Positions 48,828 through 59,243 of a DNA stretch of 64,000 nt are shown piece by piece. Location: NCBI GenBank assembly GCA_963664225.1, contig OY760937.1:960001-1024000 (forward strand), in the 5' to 3' direction. Source of the DNA: Verrucomicrobiia bacterium (GTDB taxonomy: Bacteria; Verrucomicrobiota; Verrucomicrobiia; Limisphaerales; UBA1319). Both the position numbers and the translations under genes were made by a program. Positions within the stretch are counted from its first letter, which is position 1, and the number at the start of each line of letters is the position of its first letter. The notes beneath the pieces were generated by a model. That model had not been told where the DNA came from and did not search any database. It worked only from the letters and a program-made list of their open reading frames with translations.

Positions 48828-49880
48828 ATGACGACGAACACTACTGCCAAACGGCACTTTGCAAGTGACAACTACGCTGGGATTTGTCCTGAGGCGTGGC
48901 TGGCGATGGAACAGGCCAACACGGGCCATGTCCCGGGTTATGGAGAGGATGTCTGGACAAGTCGCGCGTCGGACATGATTCGCGAGGTCTTCGAGAAGGA
49001 TTGTGAGGTGTTCTTTGTTTTCAATGGCACATCGGCCAATTCGCTGGCACTGGCCTCCCTTTGCCAGTCGTACCACAGTATTTTGTGCAGTGAAACTGCG
49101 CATGTGGAAACCGATGAGTGTGGGGCGCCTGAGTTTTTTTCCAACGGCACCAAGGTACTGCTTCTGCCCGGCACCCATGGAAAATTGGATCCAAGGGCGA
49201 TTGCGCCCATGGTAAAACGGCGCACGGATATTCATTTTCCGAAACCCAAAGCACTCAGTGTCACCCAGGCGACAGAATTGGGCACGGTGTATTCAGTGAG
49301 CGAACTGCAGGCGATTGGAGAACAGTGCCGTTCGCTTGGATTAAAATGGCACATGGACGGCGCCCGGTTCGCCAATGCTTTGGTCTCCCTGGGGGTGACT
49401 CCGAAGGAAATCACATGGAAGGTGGGGGTGGATGTCCTCTGCCTGGGCGGCACGAAAAACGGCTGCTCGGTGGGGGAAGCGGTGATTTTCTTTAACCGCG
49501 AATTGGCCCATGAGTTTGACTATCGCTGCAAGCAGGCCGGGCAATTGGCGTCCAAAATGCGTTTTCTTTCGGCTCCGTGGGTGGGCATGCTGGAGAAAGG
49601 CGCCTGGCTGCGCAACGCAACTCATGCGAATGCGATGGCAAAACTGCTTGAAACCGGTATCCGGACATTGCCTCAAATGGAAGTGATGTTTCCCTGTCAG
49701 GCCAACTCGGTGTTTGTGAAAATGCCGCTCAAAATCGCTGATGCTCTTCACGAGCGAGGCTGGCGCTTCTATACGTTCATTGGCGAGGGAGGATGCCGTC
49801 TGATGTGCTCCTGGGATACTCAGGAGTCGGATGTTCACTCATTTGTCACGGATGCGCGTGCCGCGCTGGGGGCGGCCTAA
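48828..49880 (+). CDS. ltaE: Low-specificity L-threonine aldolase
   Basis: FASDNY, NGTSAN, HMDGAR, GGTKNG and [11 protein letters not shown]. Confidence 0.92.
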   Translation: MTTNTTAKRHFASDNYAGICPEAWLAMEQANTGHVPGYGEDVWTSRASDMIREVFEKDCEVFFVFNGTSANSLALASLCQSYHSILCSETAHVETDECGAPEFFSNGTKVLLLPGTHGKLDPRAIAPMVKRRTDIHFPKPKALSVTQATELGTVYSVSELQAIGEQCRSLGLKWHMDGARFANALVSLGVTPKEITWKVGVDVLCLGGTKNGCSVGEAVIFFNRELAHEFDYRCKQAGQLASKMRFLSAPWVGMLEKGAWLRNATHANAMAKLLETGIRTLPQMEVMFPCQANSVFVKMPLKIADALHERGWRFYTFIGEGGCRLMCSWDTQESDVHSFVTDARAALGAA

Positions 49881-50653
49881 GGTACGGCGGAAAGCCCCGT
49901 GTTACGCCATGCCGGAGTCACAGCCCATAGATTGATGGGGCTCACGGTCCGGCCAAATTTCACAAAGCGCGCGCTGCCATCGGCGAAGATGTAGTTGGAA
50001 CCTCCGCCTCCGTTCCCTTGCGCATCCTTGCGACCGGTGCCGTGACGGCTCTGGTCGAGCTGAGTGATGTCTTCGGCGGATTCGTAATCGAAATACCAAT
50101 GCATAGATTCGCTGTATTTTTCGCCGAACGTGACCGTGTCTGATGGCAACCGAATATCCTGCTCCTTGATCGAGAATTCGTTGGTGGCGGCAATGGCGCG
50201 CCAACCGGGAATGCCGTAATAAGGGCTATAAAAATCGTTGAAGGCGTTGTAGATGTAACTGCGCGGCGCGGCGTCCGCCGGCCATAGGGAGTTGTTGGAT
50301 TCGCCGGTTTTTGGATTGGCTGTGTCGTTGGGGCACCTTAGCAATTTAAGATCGCGATACCCATAGCGAAGGCGCGTGGGCCAGCGATTGGGGTGGGAGC
50401 GGGGCGGCAGCGAGCCTCGATTGTCGTCCGTATAAAGGATCAGGGAGAGGCCGATTTGACGCATATTGTTCAAGCACTGAATGCGTCGGCCAGCGTCCTT
50501 GGCGCGAGACAGTGAGGGAAGCAACATGCCCGCAAGGATGGCAATGATCGAAATGACCACAAGCAACTCAATGAGAGTGAAGCCTGAGGCTTTCAATGGT
50601 CTTTGCCTGGAAGGCAATGCGCAAATGAGAAACATCTGACCGGTTAGACGCAA
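49877..50653 (-). CDS. Prepilin-type N-methylation domain protein with H-X-DG C-terminal motif (PVC-expanded family)
   Basis: [32 protein letters not shown] and RH...SNYIFADG. Confidence 0.9.
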   Translation of the reverse strand: MRLTGQMFLICALPSRQRPLKASGFTLIELLVVISIIAILAGMLLPSLSRAKDAGRRIQCLNNMRQIGLSLILYTDDNRGSLPPRSHPNRWPTRLRYGYRDLKLLRCPNDTANPKTGESNNSLWPADAAPRSYIYNAFNDFYSPYYGIPGWRAIAATNEFSIKEQDIRLPSDTVTFGEKYSESMHWYFDYESAEDITQLDQSRHGTGRKDAQGNGGGGSNYIFADGSARFVKFGRTVSPINLWAVTPAWRNTGLSAVP

Positions 50654-50720
50654 AAGGAAGGGGAAAAGTTACAGTCTCCAGAGGTTCGCGCGTTAAGAAC
50701 AACCCGGGTTCAGAACCGCA

Positions 50721-51296
50721 TCAAGCAAGTTCCATGAAGCGCATAATGGAGTCTCCATGCTTGAGCACCTTGCGGTCACGCCATTCGACGGGAATGGTCA
50801 GTGTGTCGCGCTTTGAATGCCCCAGAACAAGCAATCCATCCCTCTTCAACACGGCGCGCAGATCGGCCAGATCGAGCATCTGCTGTGCGAGTGATTCGGA
50901 CCGGCAATTCACGTTTTTTTGTCCGTAGGGCGGATCGGCGAGGATGAGGTCAAATTGTTGTCCAGCATGGGCTAACTGGCTTAACGCGGGAAAGACATCC
51001 TGGGTGCGGATTTCGAGGGCGCCTGCGGGAAGTTTTGTGACGGCCAGGTTTTTGCGAATGAACGTCGAGTGATGAGGATTAAGTTCCACACACACGGCAT
51101 GGGTGGCGCCACGGCTCAGGCTCTCGAGGCCCAGCGCGCCGGAACCGGCGAATAATTCCAGGATGTTCGCGCCAACAACACGCTCCCCGAGGCTGTTAAA
51201 AACGGCCTGCCGAACGATGTCGGGTGTGGGCCTCACGGCCAGGCCTTTTGGAACGAAAATGGTTATACCCGAGGCAAGGCCGCCAATGATGCGCAT
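50721..51296 (-). CDS. rsmD: 16S rRNA m2G966 methyltransferase RsmD family
   Basis: MRIIGG, RPTPD, ELFAGSGALGLE and DPPY. Confidence 0.9.
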   Translation of the reverse strand: MRIIGGLASGITIFVPKGLAVRPTPDIVRQAVFNSLGERVVGANILELFAGSGALGLESLSRGATHAVCVELNPHHSTFIRKNLAVTKLPAGALEIRTQDVFPALSQLAHAGQQFDLILADPPYGQKNVNCRSESLAQQMLDLADLRAVLKRDGLLVLGHSKRDTLTIPVEWRDRKVLKHGDSIMRFMELA

Positions 51297-52771
51297 ATTT
51301 GTTCCACTTTTCTTTCGATGGCCGCATCCATTTTTATGAGCGGCGGCCACTGACGTTTAAAACCTTCACCGGGCATTTTTCTTGTGGCATCAATGCCCAT
51401 TTTTGTTCCGATGGCCAGTTCGCTGGTCGCGTGGTCGAGTACGTCGGCAGGACCCTTTGAAAAAATACAGTCCCGCTGCGGATCGGTATTCGCACACAAG
51501 CGGAAAAGCACTTCACTGGTGTTCTGGACATTCACGTCCTCATCCACAATGACGATGTATTTGGTGAACATCATCTGCCCCATGCCCCAAAGACCATGCA
51601 TGATTTTGTAGGCCTGCATGGGGAAGGTCTTTTTGATGCTGACAAAGACGAGGTTGTGAAAAACGCCTTCAGCGGGAAGGGCGATATCGACGATCTCGGG
51701 GAAATTCATCCGAATGATCGGCATGAACAGGCGCACGCTGGCGCAGCCAATGTAAAAATCCTCCATTGGGGGAATGCCAACAATGGTGGCGGGATAGACG
51801 GCATCCCGGCGGTGTGTGATGCAGGTCAGGTGAAAGGCCGGGTATTGATCGGCCAGGGAGTAATAGCCGGTGTGGTCGCCAAAGGGCCCTTCCGTGCGCA
51901 ACGGCTCGGTGGGGTCCACATAACCTTCGAGAACGAAATCGGCGTTTGCTGGAACTTCCAGATCGCAGGTCTCGCACTTGACGAGTTCGACGGATTTTTT
52001 CCGCAAATAGCCCGCGAGGAGAAATTCATCCAGACCGTCTGGTAGCGGGGCTGTGGCACAAAATGTATAAACCGGATCTCCTCCGAGGAACACGGCCACA
52101 GGCATGCGCTGGCCGGTTTCATAATAGCGGCGTCCATGCCGGGCCCCGACTTTTTGAACCTGCCAATGCATACCTGTGGTCTGGGTATCGAAGACCTGCA
52201 TGCGATACATGCCGACGTTGCGCGCGCCGTTGTCCGGATCGCGGGTGACCACGCAGGGCAGAGTGATGTAGCGTCCTCCATCCATGGGCCAGCATTTGAG
52301 GATGGGCAACTCGAGCAGTGTGGGGAGTTCGCCGGTTGAGGAAATGACCGGCGGAACATCAAACCGGTTTATGACTTCCTTGCAAGGACCGCCTTGAACC
52401 GTTTTGGGCCTGGCGTGGCGCAGATCCAGCGCAGTGCCAAGCAAGCTGACGGCTTCACGCAGGCTGGAAGGGGGTTTCGCCTGAACCAGGCTGGCCAGTT
52501 CGGCGGCAACGTCCTCCACGGATTCGGCTCCCAAACTCAAGGCCATGCGCCGCATGGAGCCGAGGGCATTTATGGCGAGGGGGAATGGGGAAGGCTTGCC
52601 GTTGATGGTCGGATGCTCGAAGAGGAGTGCCCGGCCGCCATTGGGCTTTTTCATTTCCCGGTCGGCGATGGCGGTGATTTCCAGCTCCGTGGCAACCGGT
52701 TCGACAACACGAGCCAGTTCACCCTGTCGCTCGAGTTCTTCCAGAAATTGCCGATACGCCTGAAAAGCCAT
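51263..52771 (-). CDS. UbiD-family decarboxylase (menaquinone biosynthesis, futalosine-pathway type)
   Basis: RNVGMYR, MHWQ, EGPFGDHTGYY, GIPPMED, LWGMGQMMFTK and GIDAT. Confidence 0.88.
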   Translation of the reverse strand: MAFQAYRQFLEELERQGELARVVEPVATELEITAIADREMKKPNGGRALLFEHPTINGKPSPFPLAINALGSMRRMALSLGAESVEDVAAELASLVQAKPPSSLREAVSLLGTALDLRHARPKTVQGGPCKEVINRFDVPPVISSTGELPTLLELPILKCWPMDGGRYITLPCVVTRDPDNGARNVGMYRMQVFDTQTTGMHWQVQKVGARHGRRYYETGQRMPVAVFLGGDPVYTFCATAPLPDGLDEFLLAGYLRKKSVELVKCETCDLEVPANADFVLEGYVDPTEPLRTEGPFGDHTGYYSLADQYPAFHLTCITHRRDAVYPATIVGIPPMEDFYIGCASVRLFMPIIRMNFPEIVDIALPAEGVFHNLVFVSIKKTFPMQAYKIMHGLWGMGQMMFTKYIVIVDEDVNVQNTSEVLFRLCANTDPQRDCIFSKGPADVLDHATSELAIGTKMGIDATRKMPGEGFKRQWPPLIKMDAAIERKVEQICASLAALPRV

Positions 52772-52846
52772 AACGACGGCAGGTTAGCACATAGCCAGCG
52801 ACAGCTCCAAAGAGAAAAACATTTATCTGAGGGCGGCGCCGGGCGA

Positions 52847-53383
52847 TTAGTAATCGTAGAGGCCCGCATCGCGGGTATAACTGCCGCCGCCAGCTCCCAT
52901 TCCTCCCATACCGCCCATGCCCATGCCATCCGGGTCGTCCATGCCATCCATCATGCCTCCGAAGATATCACCCATGTCCTGTTCCACTTTTTCGGGATCC
53001 TCGCCTTTTTCAAGGCGCTTAATGGCGTCATCCATTTCTTTGGGCATGGTGTTGGCGGGCAAAATATCCTTCATTTTGCGCATCATCATGGCCATGTGCC
53101 GGGGGTTGTTTTCGTCCATGTGGGACATGTCCCGCTCGATCTCGCCCATGGCGCGCATGATCCTGGGATCGTCCATATCCGGCATGGCCGGTCCTTCGTC
53201 CTCTCCAGAGGTTTTGGGGGCGGATTCGGCCAGTCCCTTGGGCGTGGCGAAGGCGCTCATTTGCCTGTCCAGTTTTGTGTGGCCGCACTTGGGGCAGACC
53301 GGCGAATGTCCGGGATTCACTTTCTTGGAGAGAAAGCTGAAAACGACCCGGCATTTCGGACAGGCAAATTCGTAGATGGGCAT
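52847..53383 (-). CDS. FmdB-family zinc-ribbon protein
   Basis: MPIYEFACPKC...CPKCG and a Met/Gly-rich tail. Confidence 0.88.
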   Translation of the reverse strand: MPIYEFACPKCRVVFSFLSKKVNPGHSPVCPKCGHTKLDRQMSAFATPKGLAESAPKTSGEDEGPAMPDMDDPRIMRAMGEIERDMSHMDENNPRHMAMMMRKMKDILPANTMPKEMDDAIKRLEKGEDPEKVEQDMGDIFGGMMDGMDDPDGMGMGGMGGMGAGGGSYTRDAGLYDY

Positions 53384-53398
53384 AATCAGTTCAGGTGA

Positions 53399-54829
53399 TC
53401 ACCATTGACCCGTAGTCAGGTATTCATCGATGGACCGGGCGGCTTTGCGACCCGCGCCCATGGCGAGAATGACGGTGGCTCCGCCAGTGACGATGTCACC
53501 GCCTGCGAACACTCCGGGCTTGGATGTTTTCATGGTGTTATCATCGGCTACGATGTAACCCCATTGATTGGTTTTAAGATCCGGGGTGGTGGATTGAACG
53601 AGCGGATTTCCTCGGTTGCCCGCCGCAATGACCGCCATGCTGATGGGCAGCACAAATTCGGAGCCGGGGATGGGCATGGGGCGGCGGCGGCCGGAGGCAT
53701 CGGGTTCGCCAAGACCCATTTTAATGCACTTGGCGGCTGTAAGCCGTCCCTTGTCGTCGCCCTGGAATTCCACCGGGTTGGTGAGCATCATGAATTGGAT
53801 GCCTTCCTGTTGGGTGTGGTGGACTTCCTCGCGCCGCGCGGGCATCTCGGTTTCGGAACGCCGGTAGATGAGATAAGCTGTTTTGGCTCCCAGCCGAACG
53901 GCTGTGCGCACGGAATCCAGCGCGGTGTTGCCGCCACCGATGACCGCGACGTCTTTGCCGCGGCAATCATAGACGGGCTGATCGAAATCAGGGAAGCGGT
54001 AGGCCTTCATCAGGTTCACGCGGGTAAGGAATTCGTTGGCGGAATAGACGCCACAGAGATTTTCACCCGGGATGTTCAGGAAATTCGGCAGGCCTGCACC
54101 GGTGCAAACGAGGATGGCGTGGTAACCTTCTTCCTTGAACAATTCATCGACGGTGATCGTGCGCCCAACGACGACATTCGTTTTGAATTCGACACCCATG
54201 CGGCGCAGGTTGTCCACCTCTTCGCGCACGATTTGTTTGGGGAGCCGGAATTCGGGAATGCCGTAAAGCAGCACGCCACCGATATCATGCAGGGCTTCGA
54301 AGACCGTGACCGAATGACCGCGTTGAATGAGGTCTCCGGCGGCGCTCAGGGCGGTGGGGCCGCTGCCGACGATGGCCACCTTTTTGCCGGTGGCAGGGGC
54401 GTTTTTCGGCAGCCCAACCTGACCATGTGCCCGCTCATAATCCGCAACGAAGCGCTCCAGGTAGCCGATGGCGAGGGATTCGCCTTTTTTGGTGAGAATG
54501 CAGACGCCTTCGCATTGTTCTTCCTGGGGACAAACGCGGCCTGTGATGGCGGGCAGGACGTTGTCTTCGCGCATTTTGGCGGCGGCGCCCAAAATGTCGC
54601 CGGCAACGATCAGCTCGACAAATTCACGGATTTTGACTCCAACGGGACAGCCGCTGACACAATGGGCGGCCTTGCATTCGAGGCACCGGGAGGCTTCCTT
54701 TTGGGCGATGGCGATATCCAGCCCCAGGTTGACTTCCTTGAAATTCATGCGTCGCACATCGGGGGCCTGCTCCGGCATGCGCTGCCGGGCGATCTTCATG
54801 CGATCTTTGAGGGGGATGGGATTGGTCAT
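53399..54829 (-). CDS. nfnB: NADH-dependent reduced ferredoxin:NADP+ oxidoreductase large subunit (NfnB/SudA, GltD-like)
   Basis: RCLECK..CVSGCP, GRVCPQEEQCE, YGIPEFRLP, IGGGNTALD and AGGDIVTG. ATG overlaps the nfnA stop codon. Confidence 0.92.
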   Translation of the reverse strand: MTNPIPLKDRMKIARQRMPEQAPDVRRMNFKEVNLGLDIAIAQKEASRCLECKAAHCVSGCPVGVKIREFVELIVAGDILGAAAKMREDNVLPAITGRVCPQEEQCEGVCILTKKGESLAIGYLERFVADYERAHGQVGLPKNAPATGKKVAIVGSGPTALSAAGDLIQRGHSVTVFEALHDIGGVLLYGIPEFRLPKQIVREEVDNLRRMGVEFKTNVVVGRTITVDELFKEEGYHAILVCTGAGLPNFLNIPGENLCGVYSANEFLTRVNLMKAYRFPDFDQPVYDCRGKDVAVIGGGNTALDSVRTAVRLGAKTAYLIYRRSETEMPARREEVHHTQQEGIQFMMLTNPVEFQGDDKGRLTAAKCIKMGLGEPDASGRRRPMPIPGSEFVLPISMAVIAAGNRGNPLVQSTTPDLKTNQWGYIVADDNTMKTSKPGVFAGGDIVTGGATVILAMGAGRKAARSIDEYLTTGQW

Positions 54830-55731
54830 TTGACTGGAGAGTTGAGATTGGTTAGTGCGGAAACGGCAGCCGTGAGTTTGCATTCTTGCGGCTCACATGG
54901 CTTTTGAAGGGAGTCAGTGAAATGTTTGAGGGACAATTGCTCGGCGTCGCGATACATGGAGTTGCGCGCGATCAGGACCCCAAAGTCCACTTTGTGGCCG
55001 TCGAACTCGGGACCATCGACACAGGCAAACTTGCTTTTATTATCGACCACGACACGGCAGCCGCCGCACATCCCGGTGCCGTCCACCATGATGGGGTTGA
55101 GAGAGACCATGGTTTTAATGCCATAAGGACGTGTGGCTTCGCAAACCGCCCGCATCATGGGGATGGGACCGATGGCCAGGACGAAATCGATCTTGCGGCC
55201 TTGCTGGATGAGACCCTTAAGTTTGTCAGTGACAAAACCTTTTTCGGAGTAGGAGCCGTCGTCCGTGGTGAAAAAGGCTTCGCTGCTGATGGCGCGCATT
55301 TCTTCCTCGAGGATGACGAGGGATTTGGTGCGCGCGCCGACGATTGAAATGACGTGGTTGCCGGCTTCTTTGAGGGCTTTGGCTGTGGGGTAGGCGATTG
55401 CGGTGCCCAAACCTCCGCCAATGACCACGGCGGTGCCATAATTGTGAATTTCGGAGGGCATTCCCAAGGGGCCGACGACGTCGCAGATGAAATCGCCTTT
55501 ATTCATCGTGTTCAGGAGGCGCGTGGTTTTTCCAACGCTCTGCACGATGATGGTGATGGTCTGGTCCGTGAGATCGGAGTCAGCGATGGTCAGAGGGATA
55601 CGCTCACCCTGGTCGTGGACGCGCAGAATGACGAATTGCCCCGCTTTGCGTTTTTTGGCGACTGCCGGGGCCTTGATCTTGAATAGTTTAACATCGGGCG
55701 CCAAGAGTCGCGCTTCCACTATTTCATACAT
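54826..55731 (-). CDS. nfnA: NfnA/SudB small subunit
   Basis: GQFVILR, GERIPLT, DGTGMCGGCRV and ACVDGPEF. Confidence 0.93.
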   Translation of the reverse strand: MYEIVEARLLAPDVKLFKIKAPAVAKKRKAGQFVILRVHDQGERIPLTIADSDLTDQTITIIVQSVGKTTRLLNTMNKGDFICDVVGPLGMPSEIHNYGTAVVIGGGLGTAIAYPTAKALKEAGNHVISIVGARTKSLVILEEEMRAISSEAFFTTDDGSYSEKGFVTDKLKGLIQQGRKIDFVLAIGPIPMMRAVCEATRPYGIKTMVSLNPIMVDGTGMCGGCRVVVDNKSKFACVDGPEFDGHKVDFGVLIARNSMYRDAEQLSLKHFTDSLQKPCEPQECKLTAAVSALTNLNSPVK

Positions 55732-56065
55732 AAATTAGCAAAAAAACTGTTCAATCCGCTGCAGATCAAGCGCTTAATGCTTGATTCACCGCATGCATTC
55801 GTGCCGTTTTCAGATTCCTTTGAAAACTACGAACATATAAATCCTAACGGGAAGCGGGATTTCGTGCAAGAGGGTCGTTTGGGTCGTTGGGCTGATCTCC
55901 CAGCGAAAGAATCAGAATCGAAGCAACCAATTGCAGTTCAGTGTCTTGCTCAGGTATGGGGGGTAATCGATTGAGAATGGGGATTTAACAAGAGATCGAA
56001 GCCACATCAAAGACAGAGACTCTTCCCGATAAATCGTTTTCCATGACGACTTGTTTTTGGCGCAA

Positions 56066-59000
56066 TTAATTGCCTTTCTGGAGTCGGTAAAAGCGGACTG
56101 CGGAGTGGGCCAGGGAGTTGTCTTCGAAATAAAAAGTGTCATTAGCGGAGTTGGTCATCAGAAGTGTAGTCCAGTTGACGAAGTTTTCTGAAATTTGAAT
56201 GAGGCAGTTTATTCCTGCAACGCCCATTGCCATGAGAAGAAAACCGCCGGTGTCCTGGTATCCCAAGGCCTGAAGGCGCATGGGAGCGGGGGCATCGACG
56301 ATGAGCGTGTATGTCTGTTCGAGAGTGTGTCCCTGGGAATCGCTGAGAAGCAGTATGAAAGGGAACGTTCCAGAGCCGGTGGGAATACCTGAGAGGACGC
56401 CATCGGCGCTTAACTGGAGAGCGGGTGGCAGAGGATTTGAAGCGCTGGCGAGCGCCCAGATATATGGGGCATTTCCCCCATAGGCCGTCAGAGTCTGGTT
56501 AAAGGGTAATCCTGAACGCGCCTCATCGAGGAGAGTGGTTGTGATGGTGAGAGGCGTGAAGACTATCCTATAATTTTCGATGACATCCCCATTATCAACG
56601 AGGACTTCACGAGGGTCCGGTGTGATATAAAATAACGGGTCCAGGTCGGGAAATTGCAGGCGCCAGAGACCGCTGCTGACCGTGATGGCATATTGGCCGT
56701 TCGAGTCCGTGACGCCGAGTCCATAGTATGTGGCGTTGGTTTTGGAGTTGTAATTCAGTGTGGCCAGCACATGCATTCCTGTGATGGGTTGATTGAGTCC
56801 ATCGAGAACGGTTCCAGATATTTGTCTAGAAAACCGATGGAGTACCATTTTAATGTCAGATAGGTAATCTCCATCAACCACTTGAAGGGTGAGGAATGGA
56901 GTGGCGTAGTCAACCGCCTGTGGGGCGGAAGAATCGACACGGAGTGTCCACTCGCCCGAAGAAACGCCGATTTGAAAGGCGCCGGTGGCATCCGTGACGG
57001 TGGAGATGGCGTAATGGGAGGAATCAACTGCGTTGACGGCTAGCCCCTGGATGGGGTTGCCGGAATCGTCCACAAATGCACCTGCCAAAAAGGCAGTGGC
57101 TCGAATCGCGCTGTATTGGTAATAGATGGCCTCACCGTGGGTGGGGGAAATAATGGGCCAATCACCCACGACGAAACCATTGCGAAAAAGATCCGTTGGG
57201 TTGGGTCCTGCAGTCCAGTCCCCGGCAGTTATACCAACGGCATAGAAACCGCTGAAATCGCTCCGGACAGAAGCTGAGGACCAGGGAAGGTCGATGGCGG
57301 AGGCATTGATCGTGATTCCAGGGATTGGCTTTAAGAAAGCATCCTTGATGGTTCCAAAGACGACTGCATCGGGTCTGCCGAGGGAGATTGCCAGGCCGGA
57401 GACATCGCCCGTATAGGTGTTCACCACCGGGTTGGATTTCAAGCCAAGGCAGCCGGTCATGCTCAAACCTTTTGAACTTAATTGAAGGGTATTGGTGGCA
57501 GCCAGGACGGAGAGCTTGAAATTTCCCTGTGAGTCCGAGGCCGTGATCGCGGCCCAACCTTCGGGGGATTTCGCAATCAACTGCTGGCCGCCCAGTCCCG
57601 AGGTCGCATCGCCAATGGTTCCCTGTATTAGTCGGTCGGCCGCCAGGAGGCCTGGATTTACGATGGCATTTTGCCCCGGACTGACAAAGGCCATGGGGGG
57701 CCAATCGAGATTGCCAACGAAACCCTCCTTGAAAGCGACTATGGCATAAACACCCGGCTGGCAGGAAATCTCATAATGCCCCGTGGAATCGGTCACCACC
57801 CCGCCAATCCAATTAGTGTTCGGCGGGGAGGAATAAAAAACAAGGGCGTTGCCCACGACAAGGCCTCCGGATGTCACCTGCCCGGAGATTTTCTGCCCCG
57901 ATTCCCGGGGGAGGATATGCATGGGAAGGATGATGGGGCTGAATTGGCCGTAGAAATCGGTGACGCGCGTGATGTAACCCGCAGTCAGTCGGTTTAGATC
58001 GGATTGGGACCTGTAATCGAACGCCGCAAAGATCTGACCGTTGGTCTGGTAATCTTCGTCGCCTGGAACCGCGGGGAACGGGATTCCCGCCACCGAAAAT
58101 GCCGCGCCATCCGTAATTGAAATGCTCTGACAAAGCAGGTCGCCGTCATCGATGACTCCGCTGCCATTGGCATCGAGAAACTTTTCAAATAATACCGGCT
58201 GACCAAAGGCTACGCCATTCACTTTCAATGACAGCAAACCGGCATAATCATCCGTGAAGGTGTTCGGGCTAACGCTCACCGTGTTGGTGTGCGCCAGGTT
58301 GATGACGATGATGTTTGTGATCGTGGTATTGGTGAAGACGTCCGTGGCGCGGATCGAAACCAGGTTCCTGCCGACATTTTTCAAGGTCAACATTGCAGTC
58401 CAAACGCCGCCAGTTCCTTGATAGGTCATATTTTGCAAAGTGGCGTCCCCGCCAATTTGAAGTTTGAGGTGGCTGTCATCTTTGACTGTTCCGGAGATGG
58501 TGGTGTTGGAACTCCAGGAATAAATGGCCTGGAATCCCGGCGTGAGCGGAGTGGCTGGCATTACATCGCTTGTATAATTAACGGAAACAACGGGTGGACG
58601 GTTGTCTCCTGAAACTATTGCTCCCGTTGAAAAAGTAAGGGTTATAGATTCGGAATTCGTCTCCATAGTGGAGTTGGTCACCACGCCGCACACGGATGCA
58701 CAACCAAAGATGTAGGTTGTGCCAGGGTCCAGATCCGAAAAGGTGTAGGTGTAATCCTGATCGGGAGAATGATCTGGTACGAATGTCTGGGTCAAATCGG
58801 GTTTGCCGGGAATGGATCGTGTGAGCAAATACCCTTTATTGAAATAAGGCGGGGGTTGGGGGGGCGCCATTTTCCAGGAAAGAGTGACAGGGATATTGAC
58901 CGGCCCGGGAACCTGGGCCGAGGCGGACCAGGCGCCAAAAGAAAGGCCCAACCAGAATAAAAAACAGCAGAGCCAATCGCTTCGCTGGAATAATCCAAAG

Positions 59001-59098
59001 CGTGGCGCACGCAGAGGCTGCATAATGGTGACAAGCCTTTTCATCAACCTTAGATTCAGGTTAAATCCCTGGTCTGGCTGAACCTGATGGGAGCGCAA
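56066..59098 (-). CDS. Large secreted beta-rich surface protein (Fn3/Ig-like, repeated carboxypeptidase-regulatory-like domains, putative Ig, C-terminal ...FYRL domain)
   Basis: Signal peptide; repeated ISG.V.D...TD..G.Y/F units; LPPALQLSADGVLSGIPT; terminal IQISENFVNWT...RFYRL. Start uncertain. Confidence 0.8.
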   Translation of the reverse strand: MRSHQVQPDQGFNLNLRLMKRLVTIMQPLRAPRFGLFQRSDWLCCFLFWLGLSFGAWSASAQVPGPVNIPVTLSWKMAPPQPPPYFNKGYLLTRSIPGKPDLTQTFVPDHSPDQDYTYTFSDLDPGTTYIFGCASVCGVVTNSTMETNSESITLTFSTGAIVSGDNRPPVVSVNYTSDVMPATPLTPGFQAIYSWSSNTTISGTVKDDSHLKLQIGGDATLQNMTYQGTGGVWTAMLTLKNVGRNLVSIRATDVFTNTTITNIIVINLAHTNTVSVSPNTFTDDYAGLLSLKVNGVAFGQPVLFEKFLDANGSGVIDDGDLLCQSISITDGAAFSVAGIPFPAVPGDEDYQTNGQIFAAFDYRSQSDLNRLTAGYITRVTDFYGQFSPIILPMHILPRESGQKISGQVTSGGLVVGNALVFYSSPPNTNWIGGVVTDSTGHYEISCQPGVYAIVAFKEGFVGNLDWPPMAFVSPGQNAIVNPGLLAADRLIQGTIGDATSGLGGQQLIAKSPEGWAAITASDSQGNFKLSVLAATNTLQLSSKGLSMTGCLGLKSNPVVNTYTGDVSGLAISLGRPDAVVFGTIKDAFLKPIPGITINASAIDLPWSSASVRSDFSGFYAVGITAGDWTAGPNPTDLFRNGFVVGDWPIISPTHGEAIYYQYSAIRATAFLAGAFVDDSGNPIQGLAVNAVDSSHYAISTVTDATGAFQIGVSSGEWTLRVDSSAPQAVDYATPFLTLQVVDGDYLSDIKMVLHRFSRQISGTVLDGLNQPITGMHVLATLNYNSKTNATYYGLGVTDSNGQYAITVSSGLWRLQFPDLDPLFYITPDPREVLVDNGDVIENYRIVFTPLTITTTLLDEARSGLPFNQTLTAYGGNAPYIWALASASNPLPPALQLSADGVLSGIPTGSGTFPFILLLSDSQGHTLEQTYTLIVDAPAPMRLQALGYQDTGGFLLMAMGVAGINCLIQISENFVNWTTLLMTNSANDTFYFEDNSLAHSAVRFYRLQKGN

Positions 59099-59243
59099 TT
59101 GGTCCCACCTTCCTTAAAGGCAAGCTAACACACGAACGGCGGGCGTCGAGGGACTATTTTTGCGCCCGCTTGTTCAGGAAATCCACCAGTCAAGAAACGG
59201 CGTGCCCGGTTGTGTTTGCGGAGTCGATGTCGATATTCAATGT

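Noticed and set aside
52880..52960. GGCATG-like short repeats
   Set aside because: They encode the low-complexity Gly/Met tail of the FmdB-family protein.
53405..54907. 500-aa plus-strand ORF (likewise 13518-14942, 22560-23648, 30942-31949, 40423-41466)
   Set aside because: Antisense shadows of well-supported minus-strand genes.
55732..56065. AT-richer region upstream of nfnAB as a Rex operator or ncRNA
   Set aside because: No convincing TTGTGAA-N4-TTCACAA match or stable fold was seen.
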